A stretch of 63,256 bases of DNA, the filler included, from Octopus bimaculoides (taxonomy: Eukaryota): assembly GCF_001194135.2 (NCBI RefSeq). It is 6 parts of 6 records of this genome, joined end to end, with 100 filler letters (N's around TTAATTAATTAA, not from the genome) between each part and the next. Parts side by side here need not be neighbours in the genome. Positions count along the whole stretch, not along the records: positions 1 to 18,193 come from NC_069005.1; 5 more parts are not named here. One strand, written 5' to 3'. The position numbers and the translations under genes were made by a program. The notes beneath the pieces were generated by a model that saw nothing but the letters and a program-made list of their open reading frames with translations, made no database searches and had not been told where the DNA came from. The number at the start of each line of letters is the position of its first letter. Position 1 is the stretch's first letter. Below are positions 1-12,200 of the stretch, piece by piece.

Positions 1-42
<42 letters not shown>
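1..42. repeat. (CA)n microsatellite
   Basis: Pure CA dinucleotide run at the window start. Confidence 0.98.
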
Positions 43-45
<3 letters not shown>

Positions 46-2045
46 CCTCTCTGCTTTAATTTACTGTACATAGGAACAAAAGTAAAAATAGTTTGCAAAT
101 TTAGTTACATCCTTCCAGGCTTTTAAATGCAATTACACTATAAGATTTTTTTCTTCTTCTCCATCTGAAGATATTCTGATTAGGTGGAGTCAACCATTTC
201 AACTAACACTTGTTTGTGCATGTAATAAGAAAGAAAAAAATTGCTTTAAATTTAAAAAAAAGAAAGATTTGCTGTACTGACTAAAAGAATGATTAATGCA
301 AAGGATTTCTTCTCTGATTGAATGAAAATTCTAAAACAATTTTCTTTGCTTTTGCTGCTGTCTGGTTTATTTAGATTTTATTTTCCTTCTATCATTTACA
401 CAACTATCTAAATTCTAACCATTGGATGTGTGTATCTTGTTTCTAGTTTGCTTCAAATATCTTTATCAAGATATTATTTATATATCTGTAAAACTATTAG
501 CTATTGTTTAAAATAAAATTTCCCTTGTTGACATAGGTTGACCAGGTCTGCAATGAGGTATATTTTTTTCATGCATCTTAATCTGTAAAAGCCCAACATC
601 CAAATTGTTAAATTGACAGATTTTGTAACATTAAATATCAGTTCAGTATATTATTGGCTGCTTAACTTTAAATTATTTTTTCACATCAGAAATGTTAAGT
701 TTTCAATTGAGCCTTTCATCATATGTAATTGGGCTTTGTGTTTCTAGAATAATTTTTATGTAATGTTCCTCATCTTAAGCTAAGCTAGGATATTGCTTCT
801 TCAAAAATATTCTTCCATTTCTGCTTCTATATCTAACTTCTGCTATTCTGGAAAGACTGGATCTGATTTATTTATCTTTGTTGTAGAAGTTAATTTACCC
901 AATTTGAATTGTCTTTAAAAAATTTTTTTTTGTTTCTTTCAGCACTTTTTTTTTAGTATGGACAATGGGTTTTTAATACATATTACTGTCTCTAATATTT
1001 TTATGAGGCCCAATATTCTTAAAATCTGACTTGAATATTTTTCCTCAAGTCATTCTTTTGTTCTGCATTTGCTGGTGGTATTTTCCCAACATCAACTCCA
1101 GATATTGTTTCAGTCAGCTGGCATCTACAGGTGTAGTCATTTCTCCTGTATCTATGGGCTTGTGCTTTTGATACTCAAAAACTTACAGTAGTATCTTGTA
1201 CCAAGCCATTCTCATAAATTAACCATTCAATTAGTGGTAATAATTTCTCTTTAGTTGCTGCAGACACTCTCTGCATTCACTGTTTCATTACCACAGTTTT
1301 ATACATTAAGCATTACTTCATATGGTCTACCTGTTTGACTAGAGAGCATTTTTGTTCCCAACAAAGGCAGCACTTTTCTGGCCCTACCTTTCTTGAATCT
1401 TGCAACACTGATCAGTGGCCCTTCAGCAATGAAGCTTCTTGAAAATTAGAGACCTATTAATGCTGCCAACTTTCTACTTCTTCTGATACATTTTAGTTTA
1501 GGTTTAATTTAATAACAGTGCACTAAATTCTTCATTGGCTCCACTGTTGATCCATTCAGCTTGTAGCACACTCACACACAACATGGTCAGCTGATAAGTT
1601 TCTTCATTGCTTGTTGTACCATTGAAAAGACTTAATCAGAACATATATCAATGTTGAAAATGCAAGATAATTGTTTTATCTAAGTCAAATTTGCCTCAGA
1701 AATTTTCACCCAGCTCTCTCCCGGTAATATTATACTCTAATGCATCACCTCCTTGTCCATTGTAGTAGCTGATAGTAATATTGCTATGCTAGCTTTCTAT
1801 TAGGACAGGTGCTCTGAATACTTTGCTCTTGTAAGCAAACAGTTAAAGAATCCATTTGCAGTTGTGTACTAGAATTGTTTTTACTACATTCCCAATACTC
1901 TTGGTTTTTGTCTTATTCACTGAACACCACAGAAAGTATACACATTTAATCCCCTCCCCTCCATGAACCATAACAGATAATAATGCCTTTAAACACCAAA
2001 AAGAAAACCCTTATTTTCTATATTATTTGTATTTATGTTGTGTAG

Positions 2046-2147
2046 GTTTCTCTTGATATTCAGTGTAAGGGATGGAAATATTTATGTTGCCAACGATGAG
2101 AATCTAAGAAAATATTAAGATGCATTCCAGAAAATTTGTTTCATCAG
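2046..2147 (+). other. Candidate 5' exon of eIF4G (UTR plus coding 2120-2147, MHSRKFVSS+G)
   Basis: Acceptor ...ttatgttgtgtag|G and donor CAG|GTAAAT. ATG at 2120 gives 9 codons plus 1 nt, which is phase-compatible with the acceptor at 10475 (G|AT = Asp of DQW). No homology supports this exon. Confidence 0.4.
2072..2107 (+). promoter_or_regulatory. Candidate uORF (MEIFMLPTMRI*) in the putative eIF4G leader
   Basis: gggATGg context, three in-frame ATGs, TAA at 2105-2107, 12 nt before ATG 2120 and in the same frame. Depends on the exon call above. Confidence 0.3.
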
Positions 2148-2430
2148 GTAAATTTCTCTGTATCTAATTTTAATTAATATATAAATAGTTTGGATATAAA
2201 TAACTTGCCCATCTCTCCCATTTACAATGGAGATGGCCATAAAGATAGAAATAGAAGAGACAATCAATTGCTTGATTATTGTAACTTTCTTTTAAAATTT
2301 TTACTGTAATATTTATGTTAATGTTGGTAGAATGGATTCTGACTCTGCAAAATATTAATTTGTAATGTATTTAATAAGATATTAATGACAAGCTTTTCTT
2401 GGAATAGAGGAATTTTATTAGCTGTGTGTA

Positions 2431-2461
<31 letters not shown>

Positions 2462-2940
2462 AAAGGAGGTGAGTGAAGGGTTGTTTTGCAGCCAGAGCTT
2501 TTTTTTTCTTCTTTTGCTTTGTTTTTGTGTGCCTCTAAATATTTGATAAATTGGCATATCTGATGTCTCTGAGGTAACTTGATCTTTTATAGATGTAGTT
2601 TATAAGTTGTAAAGAAAATAAGATTCCAAGCAATATTTTTTTGTTTTTACAATAGAATATATTTTTCTCTTATTTAATTTTGCTTCTGGTATACTTTTAC
2701 ATTTATATCACAGCAATAGAATGCAACACCAACCACATACTTTATAAACATTTTCATTGCCTCGACATTAATTAAAGTTTAATCCTTACATGTGCTGCCT
2801 CTTGATTTCACTTTTTACAGAGTTTTAGTTTGAGAAACTGACTCCTGGATGCGATTGTAGTTTATCACATCTAACTTTCCCAGCTTAGTCTTTGTAGCTG
2901 TCTAATTTTGGTTAGATGAATTAAAGCAGTGTAGAATTAT

Positions 2941-3143
2941 CCCAGTCATATCCAGCCTGAATATTCTACCTGTTTTATGCTCAAAGTGGCCAGATCTGGC
3001 CTTTCACACCGACCCTAGACACTGTCATTCTAAAAATTATCAAATGATCAAAATCTCGGAGCTATGAAATAATGTATGATTAATTCAAAACAATATGAAT
3101 AAATAAGCATTACATATGATAGTAATCTGAATGCTAGAGTTAA
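2941..3143. mobile_element. MITE family E copy (left end missing)
   Basis: Homologous to 5430-5645, 9897-10116 and 11979-12200; right end GAATGCTAGAG-TTAA is the reverse complement of the family left end TTAA-CCCTTTAGCATT. Confidence 0.6.
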
Positions 3144-4461
3144 ATGTCTTGAAGCACAAATAGCAAATTTAAACTCTCAATGCAATTGCGACTGAATATA
3201 TTTAGATTGACTGGTTGGTTTCTTGCAAGTTCCATTTATAAGCTCTTTATTTTGTTTCTTATATCTCGGCTCTCATCCAATCAGTCATAGTAATTATGCT
3301 ATAGAATTAATTGACTAGAATTAAGATGCTTAGAAGTTGGGTGGGAGATTGTTTTCTTCAGTTTCAAACTTGAGTTTTGTGGAGGATTTACTCAGTATTT
3401 CCATATTGTGACATATTAGAAGCGAAATATTTATGAATGTTGCATAAATGTATATACAAAGCATTGATAATTCTAAAGGACTAAAGACGAGTAAATTTCT
3501 GGCAAAAATTTTCTGATGCCACGAGCCTCTTCATGAATTATTGTCGTTTGTAGCACAAAAGTCTTAATTGATTGTTGAATTAACTTCCACTGCATTTTCC
3601 AGGAAAGAATCACTCTGGTTGTTTCTGCCACTCTGAGAAAAGTATTATTGATCTGAGAATTGTATTGGAAGTGATTACTGCTTTAACACCTCTCTTTACA
3701 AGACACATAGTTGCATGTTTCCATGTTATTGGGAAGGTCACTTAAGAGGAAGACAAGTTTGGATTAAGTGAAATCAGAAGCAGCAACAGCAGTATTTGCT
3801 ATTTGTTTACATTGTTGAAATGTCTTTTAACTCAACTTCCACCAAACAGCTATTCTCAATGATTCTGTCTCAACATTGAAACTGTTAAAGCATGAACCAT
3901 TGTTGTCAGCTGTAAAGGGTGTGGTGGAAAAATCTGTAACATTTTTGGAGGTAAAGCCAACGCTTTAGCCTCCCTCTACTCTTCTAAGGTTTCATTCACA
4001 ATGAATGTAGCAGGAAAAAAAAAAAATAAATAAAAGAAATTGATAATTGGATAAAATCTGTCAGTGGTGTTAGTTTTCCTTTTGGCAATTGATAACACAG
4101 TGCCAACTGTTTTCTCTACTGTATCGGGTTCTATTTTTTTCATGATAATTTGTTGCCTTGATATGCTGTCTGTAAAGTTAGTGCATTCTCAATGCAATGT
4201 TTCTGGACTTATTCCTCTGGGACATATTGCATCATCCTTTCTTGTCATATGTGATAATTGATAATGTACTAGCTTAATCAACATGGAAAAAGTAGATACA
4301 ATACTCTTCATNNNNNNNNNNGGGGGGGTTACCTTCCTATTATCTCGGTGTTGATTATTTGAAAATTTTATTTAAAAATAACTTGGACTAAGTGCCTGCA
4401 AAAGTTTGAACTGTATATTAAATAATCATTAATCCTCTTCTTAACCATATCTGAATGGATT

Positions 4462-4492
<31 letters not shown>

Positions 4493-4552
4493 TTTTAAAA
4501 AAACCTGTTTTCTTGGTCAAGTTTCTATTTGTATATACAAAGATAGGGTATG

Positions 4553-4842
4553 GGTAAAGACCCCCTTCAGTCATGAATGACCATAGGATTGCACCTAAAA
4601 ACTTACTCTCTGAGGCACAGGTCTGAGCAAGGTTGTTTATGGAAGTCTAGCAATTGTCCATGCATACCAAGGCCAATACAACTTGGCACCAGTTGCAACT
4701 CATTTCTTCAGCTGAGTAAACTGGAGCAATTTGAAATAAGTGTCTTACTCAAGAACACAATACACAACCCAATCTGGGAATCAAACTCTCTACCTCATGA
4801 TTGTGAGCCCAACGCTCTAACCACTGAACCACGTGCCTTCAC
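4553..4842 (-). mobile_element. tRNA-derived SINE (head related to family A)
   Basis: Minus strand starts GTGAAGGCACGTGGTTCAGTGGTTAGAGCG... with A-box and B-box-like segments; second copy at 12493-12826. Confidence 0.7.
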
Positions 4843-5429
4843 AAATATACAAAGATATTCATGTACAAAATATCGTAAGCTAGATTGTAGCAGTTGTTGT
4901 TTTGTTTGCTGAATGCAAGCAAGAGAAAGTGCTCAGCGCAGGCTACATGCTTTACAATCTGGTCATAATAAAGAAGCAGTCAGGCACAATGCAACCACAT
5001 GCTGCCGAAAGAAGAGCAATTGAGAAAATAGCAGCCCTAACTGCAGCACAAGTTATTTCAGGTTGTATGATATTTGGATAACACATAGGACAAGTACATT
5101 CAGGATAATTTTCTGACACCTCTATGAGTAGTATGTTTGAGATAATACAGAAAGGAGTTAATGAAAGGCTGTCATATAAAAATGAAAATACATAGTGCCT
5201 TCATATCAGAGAACTTAGAAGAGCCAACTGTTGAAATAAGATAGTTCCTGTTCTTTGTTTGACTATTTTGTTTGTTTTGCATACATCCTAGTACTTTGTC
5301 AGTCTGTGTTTTCTATAGGTATAGTTTTTCTTAGAGGTTGGTTGGACCATACACTTTGTAGTAATAGGAATAAATGAATAATTTAATTCTGCTCTCTAGT
5401 TTTTATTTTTAAGTACAAGACTTCTTTTT

Positions 5430-5645
5430 TTAACCCTTTAGCATTTAAACTGACCTTATCTGGCCCAAATATTCTACTTTTTTTGTGTTTAAAACAGCCA
5501 GATCTGGCCTCGCCCATCTACCCTACAATATCATTCTAAAAACAAACATATTGAAATCCTGAAGCTATGAGATAATGCAGGATTAATTCAAAACAATGTG
5601 AATAATAAATAAGCATTACATCTGATGGAGTAATTTGGATGCTGG
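5430..5645. mobile_element. MITE family E copy
   Basis: Starts TTAA-CCCTTTAGCATTTAAAC; about 215-bp body shared with three other copies. Confidence 0.6.
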
Positions 5646-6993
5646 GGTGGGGTACTTTTACTCTCAATTACTGATAATTTCCTTGGACTTGTTTGTGTAT
5701 TTTATTCATAATCATTGTAAATGGAATATTAAACGAAGCATTTGTTCCTACATAATTTAAATACATATAACTCCTCATATCTTTTTGGAATTTTCAGAAA
5801 ATTTTTATGAATTTGTATTTTACTCACAGGAATTGACACAACTATGAAAAGTTTTTCAAAATTTTTTAAATCAAAGTTTAAAATATGGACAGTCTGAATT
5901 TTCAGCTTAAATCCCAACAATAGACCACTAAATGTGTTTATGGGGAGAAAATTATTGAAAAATCATCTATACATCAGACTGACAAACGATTGAGTAGGGT
6001 ATGAGGTGGTCATGTGATGTGCTAAAAATAGCTAAATAGCCCTTAAATCAACCACAAAATTATTTTTTGCTTTTGGTTTTTGCATAATCATACAAATTCT
6101 TATGTGTAGAATACAACTTCATGAAAATTTTATGAAAAGCAAAATGGTTTTGAGGAGTTAAATGGTATGCTTAAAGCAGAATTCCACCAGTATGTCTATA
6201 TCAACATAGCTATGTAAGAGTACTTTGAACTCAATTGCTTTGTCTGTATGACAGCCATATTATAGCCAGTTTGGATGCTAAGCTTTAATTAACTCGGATT
6301 TAATAGAAGTTCAAAATGGTTTTTTATTCATGTTCAACTTGACGATTTGTAAATATGCAATAGAAGACTTTCTATCTGAGCTCTGTTAAATTAGGACTGA
6401 AAAAGAACTATCTAATTGTCAGTGTGTACTCTTTATAATTTTCTTTTCTTTTTTTTTTATGTGCATTATCATTGGCTTGCATATCTCCATACATTTCTCT
6501 TCTTACATACCAATATTTTACATTTCCTGAGCGGTGAAATATGGTGTTAATGTTCTTTAGCTAGATCGCAACAGCTGCCTGACAATTTGTAAACCACTTG
6601 TTGGCAAACTTCCACTCCAGTGCTTTGTTAGAGAATTGCTGCTAAACAGCTTAACTGTGTTCCAAATAATAATAATAATAATAATAATAATAATTTTTGT
6701 CAGCTTCTCCTAAGTCAAGGCTGCTTAGATGTTTGTGACTAGTCTGCTCCGTGGCTCTACAAATTCTTTTGAGGATAGAATGCTGCATATCTCTTGTCTA
6801 TAGTTTTAGGCAAACTTACTTGGCAGTTATTTTTACCTGTGCTTACTAGTGATGTTATTTAGTAATTTGTTGTTTTATATCTTTTGCTGTTCCTTTTGTT
6901 AGTAATATTGTGTTATTCATTGAAAGGTTTCATTAATTAGTTTATTAGAAATCATTGTTTTGATAGACTTTTTAAAAAATCTTTTATCTTTTC

Positions 6994-7365
6994 CTTGTTT
7001 CAATCATTTGACTGCGGTCATGCTGGGGCATTGCCTTGAAGGGTTTTAGTCAAACAAATCTACCACAAGACTTGTGTTTTCAAGCTTAGTACTTATTCTG
7101 TCTCTTTTGCCGAACCACTAAGCTATGGGGATGTAAACACACCAACACCAGTATGTCAAATGATGAGGGGGGGAACACACACGCGCACATGCACACACAC
7201 ACACACACACACACACAGTCTCATTTCAGTTTCTGTCTACCAAATCCATTCTCAAGGCTTTGGTCAGCCTGAGACTAGTAGAAGTGACTTGCCTAAGGTG
7301 CCATGTGCTAGTGGGACTGGACCTGGAACCATGTGGTTGGGAAGCAAGCTTCTTACCACACAGAC
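6994..7365 (-). mobile_element. tRNA-derived SINE family B (CORE-like CCTTGGGCAAG motif, internal microsatellite)
   Basis: Matches copies at 31446-31845, 51607-51927 and 62847-63228; this copy is CpG-decayed. Confidence 0.8.
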
Positions 7366-7499
7366 ATGGTGTGTGATAAGACTGTACAATTTATTTCAAA
7401 ATCAAGTGAGTTTTACTCTTGATGAATTTAAATAAAATTATTTTAATATTCAACATTATTTTTCTTCCTTTATTAAGTCTTTGCATAATTGTTTCCAAT

Positions 7500-8720
7500 T
7501 TAACCAAATCCAGAAATTTAGGGGTGGGGATTAGTCAACTAAATCAATTCCAGTACCTCACTGGTACTTTGTTTATTGACTGTAGAAGGATCAAAGTCAA
7601 CCATGAACTCTGACCACAGGCATTTTGTTTGGTACTCTAATGCTTCTGACCACAAGCATTTTGTTTGGTACTCTAATGCTTCTGACCACAAGCATTTTGT
7701 TTGGTACTCCAATGCTTCTGACCACAAGCATTTTGTTTGGTACTCTAATGCTTCTGACCACAGGCATTTTGTTTGGTACTCTAATGCTTCTGACCACAAG
7801 CATTTTGTTTGGTACTCTAATGCTTCTGATCACAGGCATTTTGTTTGGTACTCTAATGCTTCTGATCACAGGCATTTTGTTTGGTACTCTAATGCTTCTG
7901 ACCACAGACGTTTTGTTTGGTACTCTAATGCTTCTGACCAGGCATTTTGTTTGGTACTCTAATGCTTCTGACCACAGGCATTTTGTTTGGTACTCTAATG
8001 CTTCTGACAATTTTTCTTCCTTAAACTTATTTTTATAAATAATCTTTTCAAATTTTGACACAAGGCCAGCAATTTTAAGGGATAAGGAAGTCAATTACAC
8101 TGACAGACCCCCCACCTCCTATCTTCTGCTGATATTTTATCAACCCCAAAAGGATGAGAAGCAAAGTTGACTGTGGCAGCATTTGAACTCAGAACATAAC
8201 GAGCTGGAAGAAATGCTGCCAAGCACTTCATCTGGTGCAGTAATGGTTTTGCTAGCTTGCTGTCTAAACTTGTTAAATATTGGTTTTAAATTTTGGCACA
8301 AGGCCAGCAATTCTGTGGTAGGCTGTAAGTCAATTACATTAAGCCCATTGTGCAACTGCTACTTATTTTATTGACCCCGAAAGGAGGGATGAAAGGCAAG
8401 GTCAACCTCAGCAGAATTTGAACTCAGAACGTGAAGACAGGCGAAATGCTGCTAAGTATTTTGTCCGGTATGCTAATGGTTCTGCCAGTTCACCTTAAAT
8501 AATAATAAGTTTCAAATTTTGGCACAAGGCTAGCAAGTTCAAGGGAGGGGTTAAGTTGATCATAATGACCTCAGCACTTAACTGGTACTTATTGACCTGG
8601 AAATGATGAAAGGCAAAGTCGACCATGGTGGAATTTGATCTCAGATTGTAAAGAGAGACAAAATGCCGCTAAACATTTTGTCCATTGTGCTAACAATTCT
8701 GCCTGCTCATAATAACAAAA
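7500..8720 (-). mobile_element. Cluster of SINE family C copies (one expanded into a minisatellite)
   Basis: Repeated gaatttgaactcagaac / aaaggcaaagtcgac / cacaaggcc blocks, head-to-tail and separated by AAT-rich linkers. Confidence 0.75.
7609..8008. repeat. 36-bp minisatellite, about 11 copies
   Basis: Unit TCTGACCACA(A/G)GCATTTTGTTTGGTACTCTAATGCT in direct tandem with no spacers; the 10th copy has a 2-bp deletion. Confidence 0.97.
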
Positions 8721-9896
8721 TATTGTTATTGACCACTCCTATCAACTGTAAATCTTTTAAGACTGACACCAATGTTTTGAAATTTTCCTATCCTCTTTAT
8801 TTATCAAAAAGGTGACTGAAGCTACATTTTAAACTGATTGCTTCTAATTACTTTTTTCTTCAACTTCTCAGCAACCGAAAAACTTAATTGCTGTAACATT
8901 TCATACATTGAGGTGCTAGTTATAGAGTAGGATCTTTTTTTTTATTCATGTAATAATTATGTTTGTCTATATAATAACTGTCTAATACATTGAACTACCT
9001 CTGGTTTATAGTTATTTTAATTGTATAATTGGCTTTCATTTTGCTATTTGTGAACAGCTGTACATTTTAAAATTGGTTTTCAATGCAAAAATATTTTAAG
9101 GATTTGTTCAAAGAACTTAATTTTTTAATCTAATTAAGCCAAGCTTGTCTACAACACAAATGAGAATCAAAACCAGTTATTAAGAATAAGAACAAACAGC
9201 ATATTTTCCCCTGGAATCAAGAATAGTTCATTGAGTCTTATTTTGTTGTTTTGATTTAACATGTACGAGATAGAAATTGGTCCTGTGAAGGCAGACAAGC
9301 ACTAATAAACTAGGTTAATCTAAACTGGCTTTTAGATTAACCCAATTTATAGGTGCTGTTAGAATGGCTTACATTTTAGCTGTTTCTAGTTGTTGTTTTT
9401 TTAAGATTGGCCTACATATCTTCCTTTTGTTCCAGTTTTGAATATTAGTTTTATGAAAATGCTTTGTTCATAAATTACATTGGTCAGTCATGCTTGAAAA
9501 TTGGAAGTGGTGATGTTAGATTTTTTTTTTTTTTCTGTTTTGACACATGTTAATCTACTGTAGATGTTTTTTGTTCACTTATTTCTATTTTATAATTTCT
9601 TCTTCAGTAAAGGCTCAGAGATTTAAAACCAGCTGCAATTTTTTCTTCCTTAGACATTAGTTGTGCATGTTATTTATACACCTTAAATTGTATTAGAAGC
9701 ATTGATATTTAGCAGAATTTGTTCTTGAGAATGTGTATTTAGCAAGTTAGTTTACTCTACAAATGCACTGTGTAACGTCCCCAGCAAAGACGTTCAACAT
9801 CCAAAACACAATCTACCTAGCTGTTATCAGTGACACTTTCATTTGCTTTTTGAACCTGAAATCCTCTCATTTCAGAAGTGATTTCTCTTAAATGTT

Positions 9897-10116
9897 TAAT
9901 CCTTTAGCATTTAAATCAGCCATATCTAGCAAAACGTGTTTTATGCTCTAACTGGCCTGATCCAGCCTCTTACACCTACTCTGTGGTGTCATTCTAAAGA
10001 TAAGCAATCATTTGATTGAAAACTCAAAGCTGTGAGATAATGCAGGATTAATTCAAAACAATGTGAATAAATAAGCATTACATTTGACAGTGTAACCTGA
10101 ATGTTGATGGGTTTAA
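9897..10116. mobile_element. MITE family E copy
   Basis: TTAA-TCCTTTAGCATT ... AATGTTGATGGGT-TTAA: imperfect TIRs with TTAA at both ends. Confidence 0.65.
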
Positions 10117-10474
10117 ATCCTGAAAAGATATTCTTTGGCATATCTCTTCGGGTTTTGCTTTTGTTTTTTATTGTGGCAGTGGAAGTAAAGAAAACTAAAA
10201 AAATAATTTGTTCTCAATCTATTTACCATAATATACATAATTAAGCTATGTCTATTCTTTTACCTGGTTAATATATTTTATATATTACATTGAATTTTTT
10301 AAATGTTTATTAATGAATTGAGCGAAATTTTTTCTACTTTGAGACTGAATTGTATCAGAAAACCAGTTATTTTAACATCTTATCTTAAATAGGACCACCA
10401 TTATATATCTGTACCTAATGTTTAATACACTTTCTTTTTTGAGATATTAAAATGGAGTTTGGTATATTCAACAG

Positions 10475-10608
10475 ATCAATGGAACGACACAAACCCTACA
10501 GACTTAAAGCAATATGACAGAGACACGCTCTTGGGCTTGCAGAATGCTTCTGCCTCCTTGAGCAGGCCTGAAAATCTTCCAGATCTACCTGATGTTATTT
10601 TGTCTGCA
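10475..10608 (+). CDS. eIF4G: eIF4G exon containing the eIF4E-binding motif
   Basis: Translates (D)QWNDTNPTDLKQYDRDTLLGLQNASASLSRPENLPDLPDVILSA. It has YxxxxL-phi (YDRDTLL) and resembles metazoan eIF4G DQW...YDREFLLGFQ...KPEGLP.I.DVVL. Acceptor caacag|, donor GCA|GTAAGT (phase 0). Confidence 0.9.
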
Positions 10609-11325
10609 GTAAGTAATTACTTTTTTCTTTCGAACATTAACCTTTATCCCAATGTTGCTGGTATGATAACAGTGTGTTGCTTAAGTTTGGAGCCTACAAC
10701 TTCATTTCAATTTCTAATTGCATCCATTCCCACTTATGGGTTGCTGAAGGTAAGGAGAAACCATCTGTGTTTAACCTTGCTTCATATACATCGTGATAGT
10801 ATCATGCTTAAGACTAACTAATGAAAAAAGGGTGAGGGGAATGTTTGAAATAAAGGTAATAGTGGCTGTAAATATTAGAGATTTCAATGACTTTAGAGGA
10901 GTTGAAAGCAATGGGAAATAATATGCTTAAGGATATAAAGACTGCATATTTTCATCCAAATCTTTCTCCATGTGCATCAACAATTCTTAGACATTTGTTG
11001 AAAATGTTTGTTTTATTTCCAAATCTCATTCATTTTTGCTGTTTGTATTGAGTCTCTTTACCAACAACTATTTGTAGCTCCCACCCCCATCACTTGTTGT
11101 TCTGACTCTCTACCCACTCAGCCAATGATAACTTATTTTACTAAATTCATCATTATTTTCTAAATTGATTGAAACTAAGGCACTGTATTTCAATAGAAAT
11201 ATAGTATCAAAAGGGTTATTTGTCCAGAGCTACAGTCCAACAGATAGCAGATTTCTGCATTAGATCAAACTAATAAAATAACATCCTTTTCAAGCCAAAG
11301 TTGCTTTTTTCTCAACTTAATTTTC

Positions 11326-11965
11326 ATCATCATCGTCATTGTTTAACGTCTGCTTTCCATGCTGGCATGGGTTGGCTGGTTTGACTGAGGACTTGCAAGC
11401 CAGAAGGCTGCACCAGGCTCCAATCTGATCTGGCAAAGTTTCTACAGCTGGATACCCTTCCTTATGCCAACCACTCCAAGAGTGTAGTGGGTGCTTTTTA
11501 CATGCCACCAGCACGAGGGCCAGTCAGGTGGTACTGGCATCGACCACACTCGAATGGTGCTTTTTACATGCCACCAGCACAGGAACCAGTCAGGTAGCAT
11601 TGACAACAATCACACTCGAATGGTGCTTTTTACGTGCCACCAGCATGGGACTAGTCAGCTAGCACTGGCATCAACAATGCTTGAATGGTGCTTTTTTACA
11701 TGCCACCGGCAAGGGTACCTGTCAGGTGGTACTATCATCGGCCACGACAACGACTTCACTTGCCTCAACAGGGCTTCGCAAGCGCAGTTTATTACCCAAT
11801 GATTAAAGATTACTCCTAAATGGGCTGGTTATGCTACACTGGCATAGGCCACAGTTAAGGTCTCACTTGGCTTGCCAAGTTTCCTCAAGCATAGCATATC
11901 TCCAAAGGCCTCAGTCGCTTGTTATTGCTTCTTGAATCCCACTTCATGCCAAGTCTTCCTGGGTA
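11326..11965. mobile_element. Retroposon-like repeat (family F) with about 66-bp internal tandem units
   Basis: (CAT)n-flanked end GTTTAACGTCTGCTTTCCATGCTGGCATGGGTTGG; four diverged GGTGCTTTT(T)ACATGCCACCAGCAC units start at 11490, 11556, 11622 and 11687. Related fragments at about 13845-14195. Confidence 0.65.
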
Positions 11966-11978
11966 CCCCCTTCAATGC

Positions 11979-12200
11979 TTAATCCATTAGCATTTAAAGC
12001 AGCCACATCCAGCCTAAATATTATAGCTATTTTATGTACAGACTGACTACATTGACTATATCCAGCCTCTCACACTTAACATACCATGTCATTCTAAAAA
12101 TAAACAAGCACATCATCAAAATCTCAACACAGAAAGATAATCGCATGAGTAATTCAAAACAATGTGAACAAATAAGCATTGCATTAGACAGAACAGCCTG
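11979..12200. mobile_element. MITE family E copy (right end overwritten by a SINE fragment)
   Basis: TTAA-TCCATTAGCATTTAAAGC start plus the shared body. Confidence 0.6.

Noticed and set aside
900-1750. Possible decayed transposase on the minus strand
   Set aside because: I could not recover any convincing motif; many stops in all frames.
7609-8008. CRISPR array (36-bp repeats)
   Set aside because: The units are directly adjacent with no unique spacers, there are no cas genes, the context is a eukaryotic intron, and the unit derives from a SINE.
7539-8094. Repeat-protein ORFs such as (SDHKHFVWYSNA)n
   Set aside because: A by-product of a unit length divisible by 3; open in several frames on both strands, with no splice signals.
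10444-10474. Alternative eIF4G acceptor at 10443 (adds ILKWSLVYST in phase 0)
   Set aside because: Open and possible, but there is no phase-0 upstream exon candidate and no resemblance to known eIF4G; the 10475 acceptor is preferred, not proven.
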